A stretch of DNA of 34,073 nucleotides from a virus (taxonomy: Duplodnaviria; Caudoviricetes): positions 1 through 34,073 of IMG/VR virus record IMGVR_UViG_3300018424_000093; one strand, written 5' to 3'. Each line of letters starts with the position of its first letter. The first letter of the stretch is position 1. Positions 6,463 to 14,075 of this stretch are shown in pieces. The notes beneath the pieces are model-generated. The model was not told the DNA's origin. It did no database searches and saw only the letters and a program-made list of their open reading frames with translations. The position numbers were made by a program, and so were the translations under genes.

Positions 6463-7297
6463 CCCATACACATTGCCTGACGGAAACGTTCAGATCGCTT
6501 TTAGTGGCGGACGAACGTCTGCCTACATGTTGCACCAAATATTGCAGGCAAATGGTGATCTACCGGATCGTGTAAAGGTCTGTTTTCAGAACACAGGCCG
6601 AGAGATGCCGGAAACGCTGGACTTTGTGCAAGAGGTTTCTGAGCGCTGGGGCGTGCCTGTTGTGTGGCTCGAATATGAGAAAGACGATCCTGGCTTTAGC
6701 ATTGTTAATCACAACAGCGCAGCCCGTGATGGTGAACCGTTTGAGGCGCTAATCCGCAAGAAAAAATACCTGCCCAACGCCGTAGCGCGATTTTGCACAA
6801 TTGAACTGAAAGTCAGGACTGCTAAAAAATACCTGCTCAGTTGTGGCTGGGACTATTGGACTAATTGCGTCGGCCTGCGCGCTGATGAGCCCGGGCGGCT
6901 GAACAAGCAAGATACCAGAAACCGCTGGACGGTTTGGCATCCACTTGCAACGGCAGGCGTGTCAAAACGTGATGTCAAAGACTTTTGGGATGCACAGCCA
7001 TTCGATCTGGCTTTGGAAAACATCAACGGAAAGACACCGCTTGGAAATTGTGACGGTTGTTTTCTGAAATCGGAGGCGGCGCAGGCCGCGCTATTTCGGG
7101 ACTATCCAGACCGTCATGCGTGGTGGGAGAACATGGAGCAGCTCGCCAGTCAATTAACATCAAGCCGCAATGGGGCGAAATTCGTGACTGAGTATTCGCG
7201 CAAAGATTTACGCACATTTGTCGAACGACAGGGCGATTGGATCTTCGATACAGAGGACACACTATGCCAAGTCGATGGAGGGGAGTGTACCTGCTGA
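6455..7297 (+). CDS. PAPS-reductase-like (PP-loop) protein with probable Fe-S cysteines
   Basis: AFSGGRTS PP-loop, NTGRE, RFCTIELK, GLRADE and GNCDGCF motifs. Confidence 0.88.
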   Translation: MTSPYTLPDGNVQIAFSGGRTSAYMLHQILQANGDLPDRVKVCFQNTGREMPETLDFVQEVSERWGVPVVWLEYEKDDPGFSIVNHNSAARDGEPFEALIRKKKYLPNAVARFCTIELKVRTAKKYLLSCGWDYWTNCVGLRADEPGRLNKQDTRNRWTVWHPLATAGVSKRDVKDFWDAQPFDLALENINGKTPLGNCDGCFLKSEAAQAALFRDYPDRHAWWENMEQLASQLTSSRNGAKFVTEYSRKDLRTFVERQGDWIFDTEDTLCQVDGGECTC

Positions 7298-7342
7298 AAG
7301 GCCAATGTTCGGCGGTTTTTTCGATTATGAGGGTGATAAATA

Positions 7343-7738
7343 ATGGACAAACGACCTGGCTATATGACACTCGACGGTCGCCGTCCGAAATGGATGAAAC
7401 CCCGGCGAGACTTCCCTGAAAGCGTCAAGAAGGCTGTGCGGGAGCGAGCAGACTACCGCTGTGAGTATCCTGAATGTGACAACAGCGCCATCGAGGTAGA
7501 CCACATCATACCGGAGGCGCTGGGCGGAGCCTCCACTTACGACAATGCACAGCTTTTATGCACTGCCTGTCACGCACGTAAAACCGCGCTCAATAACAAG
7601 ATGGTGCTGAAAGCTGACAAGCAAGCTGGCCGCATCGGTCAGTATGCCCGTCGCAAAAAACGCGGGTCGAGCAGCATACCAGCCAGGCAAAACTCCTGGC
7701 CACCTAAAGGTTCACGCAAATTACAATCGAAACGATGA
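7343..7738 (+). CDS. HNH endonuclease
   Basis: CEYPEC...EVDHIIP...GG...NAQLLCTACHARKT. Confidence 0.9.
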   Translation: MDKRPGYMTLDGRRPKWMKPRRDFPESVKKAVRERADYRCEYPECDNSAIEVDHIIPEALGGASTYDNAQLLCTACHARKTALNNKMVLKADKQAGRIGQYARRKKRGSSSIPARQNSWPPKGSRKLQSKR

Positions 7739-8490
7739 CACTTAAACTTTTAGACCTGTTCAGCGGGATCGGTGGATTCAGCCTTGGGCTGGAGCGTACT
7801 GGTGGATTTGAGACGGTAGCGTTTTGCGAAAACGAAACAAAAAGACACGCAATTTTGAAACGACATTGGCCGGAGGTTCCTATCTATGACGACGCGAAAA
7901 CACTTAGCAAAAATCAACTCGAAGCAGATGGAATTACTGTCGATGCCATCTGCGGAGGATTCCCGTGCCAAGACCTATCACTTAGCGGAAAACTCTCAGG
8001 CATCGACGCAGAGCGTTCAGGATTATGGTCAGATTTCGCCCGACTTATTGGCGAATTACGACCCAGAGTCGTCTTTGTGGAGAACGTCGCAAACCTGCTT
8101 GCTGGCCCTAGCGAGCAACCAGGCGAATGGTTTGGCCGAGTTCTCGGAGACCTGGCCGAGATCGGGTATGATGCGGAATGGCACTGCATTCCGGCTGCCA
8201 GTCTTGGCGCACCGCACCACCGGGACCGAGTCTGGATTGTGGCCTACCCCCAGCGCCAACGAGGATGCCGCGGGGAGCCTGAATGGCAACATGCAGCATA
8301 TGCTAACACATGCAGCCAAGCTATCCGACTTGGAGGGCGCAAAAAATGGTGGTCAACTGAACCCAGCGTGGGTCGATTGGTTGATGGGTTTCCCGGTCGA
8401 TTGGACCGCCTTAAAGCCCTCGGAAACGCCGTAGTCCCACAAATCCCCGAACTGCTCGGTCGAGCATATCTGGAGACATTAGATCAATGA
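7735..8490 (+). CDS. DNA cytosine-C5 methyltransferase, large (alpha) chain
   Basis: Motifs I (DLFSGIGG), IV (GGFPCQ), VI (ENV), VIII (HHRDRVW) and X (LGNAVVP); motif IX not visible in this frame. Confidence 0.93.
   Translation: MTLKLLDLFSGIGGFSLGLERTGGFETVAFCENETKRHAILKRHWPEVPIYDDAKTLSKNQLEADGITVDAICGGFPCQDLSLSGKLSGIDAERSGLWSDFARLIGELRPRVVFVENVANLLAGPSEQPGEWFGRVLGDLAEIGYDAEWHCIPAASLGAPHHRDRVWIVAYPQRQRGCRGEPEWQHAAYANTCSQAIRLGGRKKWWSTEPSVGRLVDGFPGRLDRLKALGNAVVPQIPELLGRAYLETLDQ
7886..8434 (+). CDS. Nested alternate-frame methyltransferase small (beta) chain, M.EcoHK31I-like
   Basis: 182-codon ORF in the +1 frame with its own SD (GGAGG 7872-7876); ends in motif IX-like GQLNPAWVDWLMGFPVDWT. Confidence 0.75.
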   Translation: MTTRKHLAKINSKQMELLSMPSAEDSRAKTYHLAENSQASTQSVQDYGQISPDLLANYDPESSLWRTSQTCLLALASNQANGLAEFSETWPRSGMMRNGTAFRLPVLAHRTTGTESGLWPTPSANEDAAGSLNGNMQHMLTHAAKLSDLEGAKNGGQLNPAWVDWLMGFPVDWTALKPSETP

Positions 8491-8579
8491 AACACTTTAG
8501 ACACCACTTTCCCCTTTGGGCGTCCATAACTATGATCATTGTTATCGGATGGATCGTGGACGTGGTTCAAAACGGATGA
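8487..8579 (+). CDS. Small single-TM protein (30 aa, not in ORF track)
   Basis: MKHFRHHFPLWASITMIIVIGWIVDVVQNG*; ATGA overlaps at both ends. Confidence 0.65.
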   Translation: MKHFRHHFPLWASITMIIVIGWIVDVVQNG

Positions 8580-8863
8580 CCCGTCTGCTGAGTGCCAAGC
8601 AAGTCAGTGAACGTCTCGGCATTGCTGAAAGCACTGTCTATGAGCTGTGGCGCAAGCGCGCTCTGCCTTGCACACGTATCGGTCGCAGACGTATGCTTGC
8701 CGACGGGGTGTTAAATCAATGGATCGAGCAAAATACCGACTGGCCAGACCCGTCATCAACAACAAGCCGTCACGGGTCTGGTACGTCCTATACCGCCATC
8801 GAGGCCGCGAACATCGCGTCTCTACACGTCAAACGGATCGGCGCGCAGCAGAACGATTTCTAG
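8576..8863 (+). CDS. xis: Excisionase-like HTH protein
   Basis: LLSAKQVSERLGIAESTVYELWRKRALPCTRIG is an excisionase-type (HTH_17) HTH; lies directly before int. Confidence 0.82.
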   Translation: MTRLLSAKQVSERLGIAESTVYELWRKRALPCTRIGRRRMLADGVLNQWIEQNTDWPDPSSTTSRHGSGTSYTAIEAANIASLHVKRIGAQQNDF

Positions 8864-9711
8864 CGCAATTTTCCGCGCGGCTGTCTGAACCACCAGACAG
8901 CATCACCGTCAACTACATTCTCGATCAGTACGAACATGCCAAATCAGACGCAAAATCAATCGCAAAGATTAGGTCTCACCTGCGACCAGTGCGGAAAGCC
9001 GTTGGATATAGAGGACTGCCGGGCTTGGGCGATTATTGTAGTAAAAACCTTGCTCGAACGTGGCGAGCGGCTGGACGAGCCGATGGAACTATCAGGACAA
9101 GGTTGCTCTACTTGCGCTCCGCACTTGCTTGGGCTGAAAAAACCGAACTAATTGAACAGGCTCCGTACATACCGGCACCGCAACCAGGACCACCGCGCGA
9201 GCGTTATCTGACTCGCGACGAGTTTCGCCAGCTTTATGCTGCTGCTAAAGAGCCGCATTTGCGTATTTTTCTAGCGCTTGGCGTTTACACAGGCCTGCGA
9301 AACGGCGCCATACTTTCGCTAACGTGGTCGGACATCGATATTGAAGCCATGTTAATCAAGCCGCGCGGCGGTAGCCCCAACAAAAAACGCGCAATAGTAC
9401 GTATCAATACGCCCTTGGCTTTGGCTCTCAGTACGGCCTGGGCGGTTCGGGATGGCCCATATGTCATTCATTGGAACGGAAAGCCGATAAAATCGATAAA
9501 GCGAGCGTTTCACCGTGCCGCACGGGTAGCAGGCCTGCAAGACATCCGCATACACGACTTAAGACGCACATGTGCCAGTTGGTTGGCAATCAATGGCGTG
9601 AGCATGGACCGGATTGGCCTTATTCTTGGCGACAGTCCCGTGATCGTTGCGAAGCATTACGCGCATCTGTCACCAGATTACCTCAAAAACGAAATGGAAG
9701 GCCTAGGATGA
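8719..9711 (+). CDS. int: Tyrosine integrase
   Basis: TGLR, HDLRR, LGD (in place of LGH) and HYAH catalytic motifs; N-terminal arm-binding-like WYVLYR...VSTR. Confidence 0.93.
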   Translation: MDRAKYRLARPVINNKPSRVWYVLYRHRGREHRVSTRQTDRRAAERFLAQFSARLSEPPDSITVNYILDQYEHAKSDAKSIAKIRSHLRPVRKAVGYRGLPGLGDYCSKNLARTWRAAGRADGTIRTRLLYLRSALAWAEKTELIEQAPYIPAPQPGPPRERYLTRDEFRQLYAAAKEPHLRIFLALGVYTGLRNGAILSLTWSDIDIEAMLIKPRGGSPNKKRAIVRINTPLALALSTAWAVRDGPYVIHWNGKPIKSIKRAFHRAARVAGLQDIRIHDLRRTCASWLAINGVSMDRIGLILGDSPVIVAKHYAHLSPDYLKNEMEGLG

Positions 9712-10013
9712 CCCCTTGTTTTGATACGTTGCCGCGGCGCGTAACCAACGCATTGCTTCGCCATCACATTACAAATTGGGGTCAGTTGATGGCTCTGTCA
9801 CGTTCTGAGGCAATGAATATACCAGGCTTAGGCCTGTCCGCTGTAAATCTTTTAGAGCAGGAACTGCATGCACTGGGTTTGTCGTTTCGGTTCAACCAAT
9901 CTGCTGAAGTCATCAAACAAGACTTGCGGGAGGCGTTAACCGCAGTCGAAAATTCTATTGAGCAGTTGCGAGAAGCGCAGAGTCGCATAATGCGACATTT
10001 GTCAGAACGCTAA
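9708..10013 (+). CDS. RNA polymerase alpha C-terminal domain-like protein with coiled-coil tail
   Basis: LPRRVTNALLRHHITNWGQL...IPGLGLSAVNLLEQELHALGLSF parallels alpha-CTD LxxRxxNxL...I..LG.KS..E....L...GLSL; ATGA overlap with int. Confidence 0.75.
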   Translation: MTPCFDTLPRRVTNALLRHHITNWGQLMALSRSEAMNIPGLGLSAVNLLEQELHALGLSFRFNQSAEVIKQDLREALTAVENSIEQLREAQSRIMRHLSER

Positions 10014-10021
10014 CAGAACAA
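9981..10021 (+). promoter_or_regulatory. attP left-arm module: 15-bp palindrome plus LexA-type SOS box
   Basis: GTCGCAT-A-ATGCGAC (9982-9996) and GAAC-GCTAACA-GAAC (10005-10019). Confidence 0.75.
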
Positions 10022-10087
10022 AGCACAAAAAATCCCAAGATAACCGACGCATAGAGCCCGTAACTGCTGGCAATGGAAGATAGAGAC

Positions 10088-10136
10088 GCGCATTCGTAAT
10101 GCGAGGGTCGGGTGTTCAAGTCACCCTAGCGGCACC
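10088..10136 (+). other. attP: attP core: 3' half of tRNA-Thr(CGU)
   Basis: Anticodon arm GCGCA-TTCGTAA-TGCGA, T-arm GGGTG-TTCAAGT-CACCC and acceptor 3' strand TAGCGGC-A-CC; no 5' half; lies just after int. Confidence 0.88.
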
Positions 10137-10161
10137 GTTGTTTTTATTAGACTTTTCGGAC

Positions 10162-10170
10162 TTATCCACA
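10162..10170 (+). promoter_or_regulatory. Consensus DnaA box in the attP right arm
   Basis: TTATCCACA, exact match; single site noticed. Confidence 0.4.
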
Positions 10171-10179
10171 GAAGCCAAA

Positions 10180-10220
10180 AGTCGCATAATGCGACATTTT
10201 GCGGAACACATAAAGAACAA
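10180..10220 (+). promoter_or_regulatory. attP right-arm module: same palindrome plus LexA-type SOS box
   Basis: 20 bp identical to 9981-10000; GAAC-ACATAAA-GAAC (10204-10218) at the same offset. Confidence 0.75.
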
Positions 10221-10229
10221 CGTGTATAA

Positions 10230-10628
10230 TCAGGCGTCCGTTGGTGGCGGCAACAGATCTTGCTCGGTCGGCATGAGGTTGCATCGGCTCCAGCGATAGA
10301 CCTCAAAATCACCGGCCTCAGTGATCCACGCATTGATCATTGTGGCGTTAACGTCTTTTTGGCTACACATGCCCCAGTCACATCGCACGACAGCCACTTT
10401 TGGTATTGGTCGCTTTGGATCACACCAATCACGGCCTAACTCCGCATAGTGCAAAACTGAACGCACCTGCGACAACGCTAACAGACCTATGAACATCAGA
10501 CCGATTGCCGCGCATACCATTGCCAGATCGACACTAGCCTTCAACGCCCATACGTGAACTGCACTCTTGGCTTTATGAAAAACCGTCTTTCTGGCCTGAC
10601 TCCCGTTCCACTCAATCTGGCCCGTCAC
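10230..10628 (-). CDS. Hypothetical membrane protein with Cys-containing C-terminal domain
   Basis: GTG 10628 with GGGAG SD; one TM segment; last gene of the late operon. Confidence 0.6.
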   Translation of the reverse strand: MTGQIEWNGSQARKTVFHKAKSAVHVWALKASVDLAMVCAAIGLMFIGLLALSQVRSVLHYAELGRDWCDPKRPIPKVAVVRCDWGMCSQKDVNATMINAWITEAGDFEVYRWSRCNLMPTEQDLLPPPTDA

Positions 10629-10893
10629 CGCAACCTGTCTCCCATTGCGCGGCGTTTGCAATGATGAAGGCCTGGGCCCAGCTCGGCAGTGCATCAAACT
10701 CTATCGGACCAGCGCCGTAATTACTGATCGGAATAGGCTTCTGGCCCCGACAAACTTCATACTTCGTCTGTGCTGCCGTCTGCTTGATCAGCGCGGTTTC
10801 GTCCAAATACGAGCCTGTAGGTGCCGTCGCGCATGCTGGCACTAAACCTAGGAATGCTAGTCCGGCCAGCCTCCAAAGCGCTGTCTGCAACAT
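10612..10893 (-). CDS. Outer-membrane spanin (Rz1-like lipoprotein)
   Basis: Signal peptide with lipobox-like VPAC; overlaps the i-spanin 3' end in another frame. Confidence 0.75.
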   Translation of the reverse strand: MLQTALWRLAGLAFLGLVPACATAPTGSYLDETALIKQTAAQTKYEVCRGQKPIPISNYGAGPIEFDALPSWAQAFIIANAAQWETGCGDGPD

Positions 10894-11092
10894 CTCTTTC
10901 CTCCATTACGACTTCAGCTTGAGTTTCTACTGCACGGGCTTGCGCTTGCGCCTGGCGTTCAGCGAATTTGCGCCGTTCTTCCTGTCTGGTTTTATGCTCT
11001 AGGGTCTCGTCTCTGACCTTCATGAACAACAAGAAACCCAGAACTGCTGCAATGCCTTGAGCAATGCGGTTGTTCATCAACATGGCTAACAT
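10757..11092 (-). CDS. Inner-membrane spanin (Rz-like)
   Basis: N-terminal TM followed by a coiled coil; directly after the endolysin. Confidence 0.75.
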   Translation of the reverse strand: MLAMLMNNRIAQGIAAVLGFLLFMKVRDETLEHKTRQEERRKFAERQAQAQARAVETQAEVVMEERDVADSALEAGRTSIPRFSASMRDGTYRLVFGRNRADQADGSTDEV

Positions 11093-11101
11093 CGGCTCAC
11101 C

Positions 11102-12364
11102 TCAATACATCAACTGGGTTGCTTCAGTTTCAGCACGGGCTCGCTTGCGTCGGGCACGAACCCACTCAAACAGACCAATTGCAACAATGGCCGCACCGAT
11201 CAGTAAAATGATCAGCATAATGCGGTTCATGTCGTCGCCGCGTGTCGCATTGCTGACCGTATCGTAGACGCCTGCCGCACCCGTGATTGCGCCAACGCGA
11301 ACATACGTCTCAGCATTGCGTTGCCCTACTGCTGCCTTGAACCGTTCTGCTTCCTCCAACGGTTTTGCACCAACCCGCGCAGGATCTTCGACCGCATAAG
11401 GAATGTCTTCAGGTTTGCGACTGTGAACGCTCAAGGGCTTCGTTCCAGCAGGCGCTACGGGTGTAGCAACAGGCTCAAGTGCAGATGCAGGCGCAGTGTC
11501 GGCAACTGCCTCTAGCTCTGGCTCTGGCTCAGGTTCAAGTTCGGGCTCAGGTTCAGGTTCTGGCTCTGGCTTTGGCTCAGGTTCCGGCTCAGGTTCAGGC
11601 TCAGGTTGCAGTTCGGGTTCCGACTCTGTTTCATCCTCTGGATCGTCCTCGTCCCACAAACCAACGCGCACCTGCTCGCGAACGTCATCAATACGACGCA
11701 CGATTTTGACACCTAACCGCCGTGCATCCTCTTCCAGTTCCTCTAATGACCGCAGGTTCGCGTCCTCAGTGGTTTTTGGTTTTTCCTCGGCGCCGCGCGT
11801 CGGTATGCTCAACTCATCAAAAATTTCATTCTCACTCACCAGGTCTCTCCAATCTGTGTCCCAGTCTGCATCTTTCGCGGCATCAACCGCGCGCTCCCAA
11901 CTCCACCCGAACCAGCCGTAAAGCACTTCACAGAGCCGCCGCCGGTACAGTCCCAGCAGCTTCTTTTTGCCTGCATAGACAGCCGTAACCCACTCATCAG
12001 CGATTTCGCTAACGGGTCGGTTTTCTTTGATAAGAGCCTTGGTGCGAGGAAATGCGCGGTCTGCGTCCGATCCAATGTTATACATTAGAGACGCCAGCGC
12101 ATCGCGCGCACTTGGTTGCAGGTCAACGCCTTTAAAATGCTTGTTGAGGGAAGGCTCGATGCGGTCTCTAACGTGCCAAAAAAGCTCTTGCTCGGCCTCG
12201 TCTTCCGTTATCTCATCACCGATCTGAACGGGTTCGCCATCTACATGCCAGTGCGTTGTGCCGAACCCAATCGTCCATTTACCGGCTGAATCCATGTAAG
12301 GCTGTGCAGAAAAACCCTCCCATGCCCGAATGATGGACAAGCTAGCTGGCGTTGTTGTCAGCAT
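11102..12364 (-). CDS. Endolysin: GH24 lysozyme, acidic (EP)n linker and C-terminal TM anchor
   Basis: E-X8-D-X5-T triad in [21 protein letters not shown]; LLGLYRRR motif; ATG 12364 with GGAG SD. Confidence 0.9.
   Translation of the reverse strand: MLTTTPASLSIIRAWEGFSAQPYMDSAGKWTIGFGTTHWHVDGEPVQIGDEITEDEAEQELFWHVRDRIEPSLNKHFKGVDLQPSARDALASLMYNIGSDADRAFPRTKALIKENRPVSEIADEWVTAVYAGKKKLLGLYRRRLCEVLYGWFGWSWERAVDAAKDADWDTDWRDLVSENEIFDELSIPTRGAEEKPKTTEDANLRSLEELEEDARRLGVKIVRRIDDVREQVRVGLWDEDDPEDETESEPELQPEPEPEPEPEPKPEPEPEPEPELEPEPEPELEAVADTAPASALEPVATPVAPAGTKPLSVHSRKPEDIPYAVEDPARVGAKPLEEAERFKAAVGQRNAETYVRVGAITGAAGVYDTVSNATRGDDMNRIMLIILLIGAAIVAIGLFEWVRARRKRARAETEATQLMY
11513..11626 (-). repeat. Degenerate 6-bp tandem repeat encoding (Glu-Pro)n
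   Basis: GAGCCA/GAACCT/GAGCCT units translating to [37 protein letters not shown]. Confidence 0.9.
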
Positions 12365-13580
12365 TATCGGCTCCATTGCTTTCTGGTCTGATCACATCAA
12401 CAGAGTTGCCAGGCACCGGAAGGTGTTCGTCGTCACGCATGACCAGCGCGATTTCCTCGTCAGTCGCCAACCCTGCACGACGTAAAACGGTGATTGCATG
12501 CATCATGTTACCGTCAGGGAATGCGTTCTGTGCGATGCCTTCCGCTGTCCAGCGGGTTGTGCGCGCGTAGCGAACTGCCTTTTGCCACTTCGGCAGATAG
12601 CCCTCTGCCGCCTCTCTGATTTTCTTTATCTGTCGCGAGTTTCGCGCACGTGTCTTCGCAGCTTTGCGGCCAGCCTCAACACGAATCGGGTCTTTTTCGT
12701 CATCCAGCTTGCGTTCGCTGACAACCTTTAGGGCAGCATAACCTCCAGTGAATGAGGCCATCATCAGTAATTCGCCAAAACCAAAAAACAGCGTGAAAAA
12801 GATAACCCCCCACGCAAACTTATGCGTGTCGGACGGATTTTCCGCAGGCGACCAGACGCCTGTTGAAATTCGTGCAAGAAACGTGAACAGCGGATTGAAG
12901 CTGTCACTGTCAGCCTGCGCTTGTGTCGCTACAGAGCTGGTTGAACGCGCATCAGCCTGTAGCTCGGCAATCTGTGCATCTAACGTCCGTATGCGCTCAT
13001 CACGCACCTGCAACGCCTGCGTGATGTCCGCACGGTAGGTGTCGGCCTGATCATCATTGTCCAGTCCGTCACTGGTGATGTTAGCAATAGCCTCGCGATA
13101 CGTCTCAACCGTCAGATTCGTGTCAGATCGAATCTCAGCCTTTTGCGTTTGTATGGTCGCAATTTGCTGATCAATGCTGTCGGTGTTGATCGTAGCAACC
13201 TGCTCAATAGCCAGGTCTGCATCATACTGTTTTTGCATAATCTTTGCGCTGACGCCATACGCATGCAAAAGCAAAATTACGGCAGCAAGAACGGTAAAAA
13301 CGCTGAACGTTGTGCGCCAGCGCGGCATGTCCTGAACGTGAAAGTAGATAGCAAGTGAACCAGCGATCACGCTAAACGCTCTAGTGCCCCAAGCAATTTG
13401 CTGGGTCACATGTTCTGGCACGACACCGCCAGCCAGCGGACGACTGAACTCAGCATCGAGTTGTAGAAAAGCCCAGACCAGATAAACGCCAAGTGCAAAC
13501 AGCGCCCACACAATCCAGAAAGTCGCAAACCCTGCTCCGGCATGTCGCCAAACCGACAGCCAGCTTACACGTTCTTCCAT
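12342..13580 (-). CDS. Multi-pass membrane protein with a long coiled coil (DUF4407-like architecture)
   Basis: Three N-terminal TM segments, a coiled coil, a further TM segment and a basic soluble C-terminus. Confidence 0.75.
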   Translation of the reverse strand: MEERVSWLSVWRHAGAGFATFWIVWALFALGVYLVWAFLQLDAEFSRPLAGGVVPEHVTQQIAWGTRAFSVIAGSLAIYFHVQDMPRWRTTFSVFTVLAAVILLLHAYGVSAKIMQKQYDADLAIEQVATINTDSIDQQIATIQTQKAEIRSDTNLTVETYREAIANITSDGLDNDDQADTYRADITQALQVRDERIRTLDAQIAELQADARSTSSVATQAQADSDSFNPLFTFLARISTGVWSPAENPSDTHKFAWGVIFFTLFFGFGELLMMASFTGGYAALKVVSERKLDDEKDPIRVEAGRKAAKTRARNSRQIKKIREAAEGYLPKWQKAVRYARTTRWTAEGIAQNAFPDGNMMHAITVLRRAGLATDEEIALVMRDDEHLPVPGNSVDVIRPESNGADNADNNAS

Positions 13581-13589
13581 GATGTCCTC

Positions 13590-14075
13590 TTAAATAGCGA
13601 GCTGGAACGCCGCGCGCGCCAAACCCAAAAACCAATCTGGTCTGGCTACGACCATAACCGCGCCAAATCCCAACGCCGTCATCCAGTTATTCGCAAACCA
13701 GTACCGCACCGGGTTCACTCGCGGAACGACCTGGCCATACTCATCCAGTTTAAGATTGCGTCGCGCCAACTTGTGATTAAGCGCTTCGCGATCCTGCTCT
13801 GCCTGCTCGGCCTGTGCAGCCCGTTCATCTCGAAGGGCTGACTTTATCTTGGCATCGACACGCGCATCGGTGCCAGGCAATGCGTGGCGAAACGCCTCGT
13901 CTATCGCCTGCTTCATGATCTCAATGTCTTTTAACGCCTCAGCCCGTCGCGCCTCAGTCAACCGCATTTCCAACGCCGTCAGGTCCGCAGCCGTTGCACA
14001 CAGGTTTACCTTGCTTTCGATAGCCCCAAACTGCCGGTATAAGTATGCCAGCGGGTCGAACTGTTTCTCTGTCAT
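13590..14075 (-). CDS. Coiled-coil protein with C-terminal TM (holin/antiholin candidate)
   Basis: Helical N-terminus; hydrophobic WMTALGFGAVMVVA; located in the lysis region. Confidence 0.65.
   Translation of the reverse strand: MTEKQFDPLAYLYRQFGAIESKVNLCATAADLTALEMRLTEARRAEALKDIEIMKQAIDEAFRHALPGTDARVDAKIKSALRDERAAQAEQAEQDREALNHKLARRNLKLDEYGQVVPRVNPVRYWFANNWMTALGFGAVMVVARPDWFLGLARAAFQLAI

Noticed and set aside
7343-8490. Type II restriction-modification pair (HNH plus methyltransferase)
   Set aside because: The HNH is a 131-aa minimal phage-type nuclease with no evident specificity domain; adjacency alone is insufficient.
9471-9707. 180-aa version of the alpha-CTD-like ORF
   Set aside because: The extension lies inside int, whereas ATG 9708 has an ATGA overlap and begins the recognisable domain.
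10060-10140. Complete tRNA-Thr gene
   Set aside because: No 5' acceptor strand (GCCGCTA) or proper D-arm upstream. Only the anticodon-to-3' half is present, which fits attP.
11479-11921. Ser/Gly-rich and Ala/Gln-rich + strand ORFs, or a CRISPR-like array
   Set aside because: These are antisense shadows of the endolysin (EP)n repeat. The 6-bp unit has no spacers and no cas genes are present.
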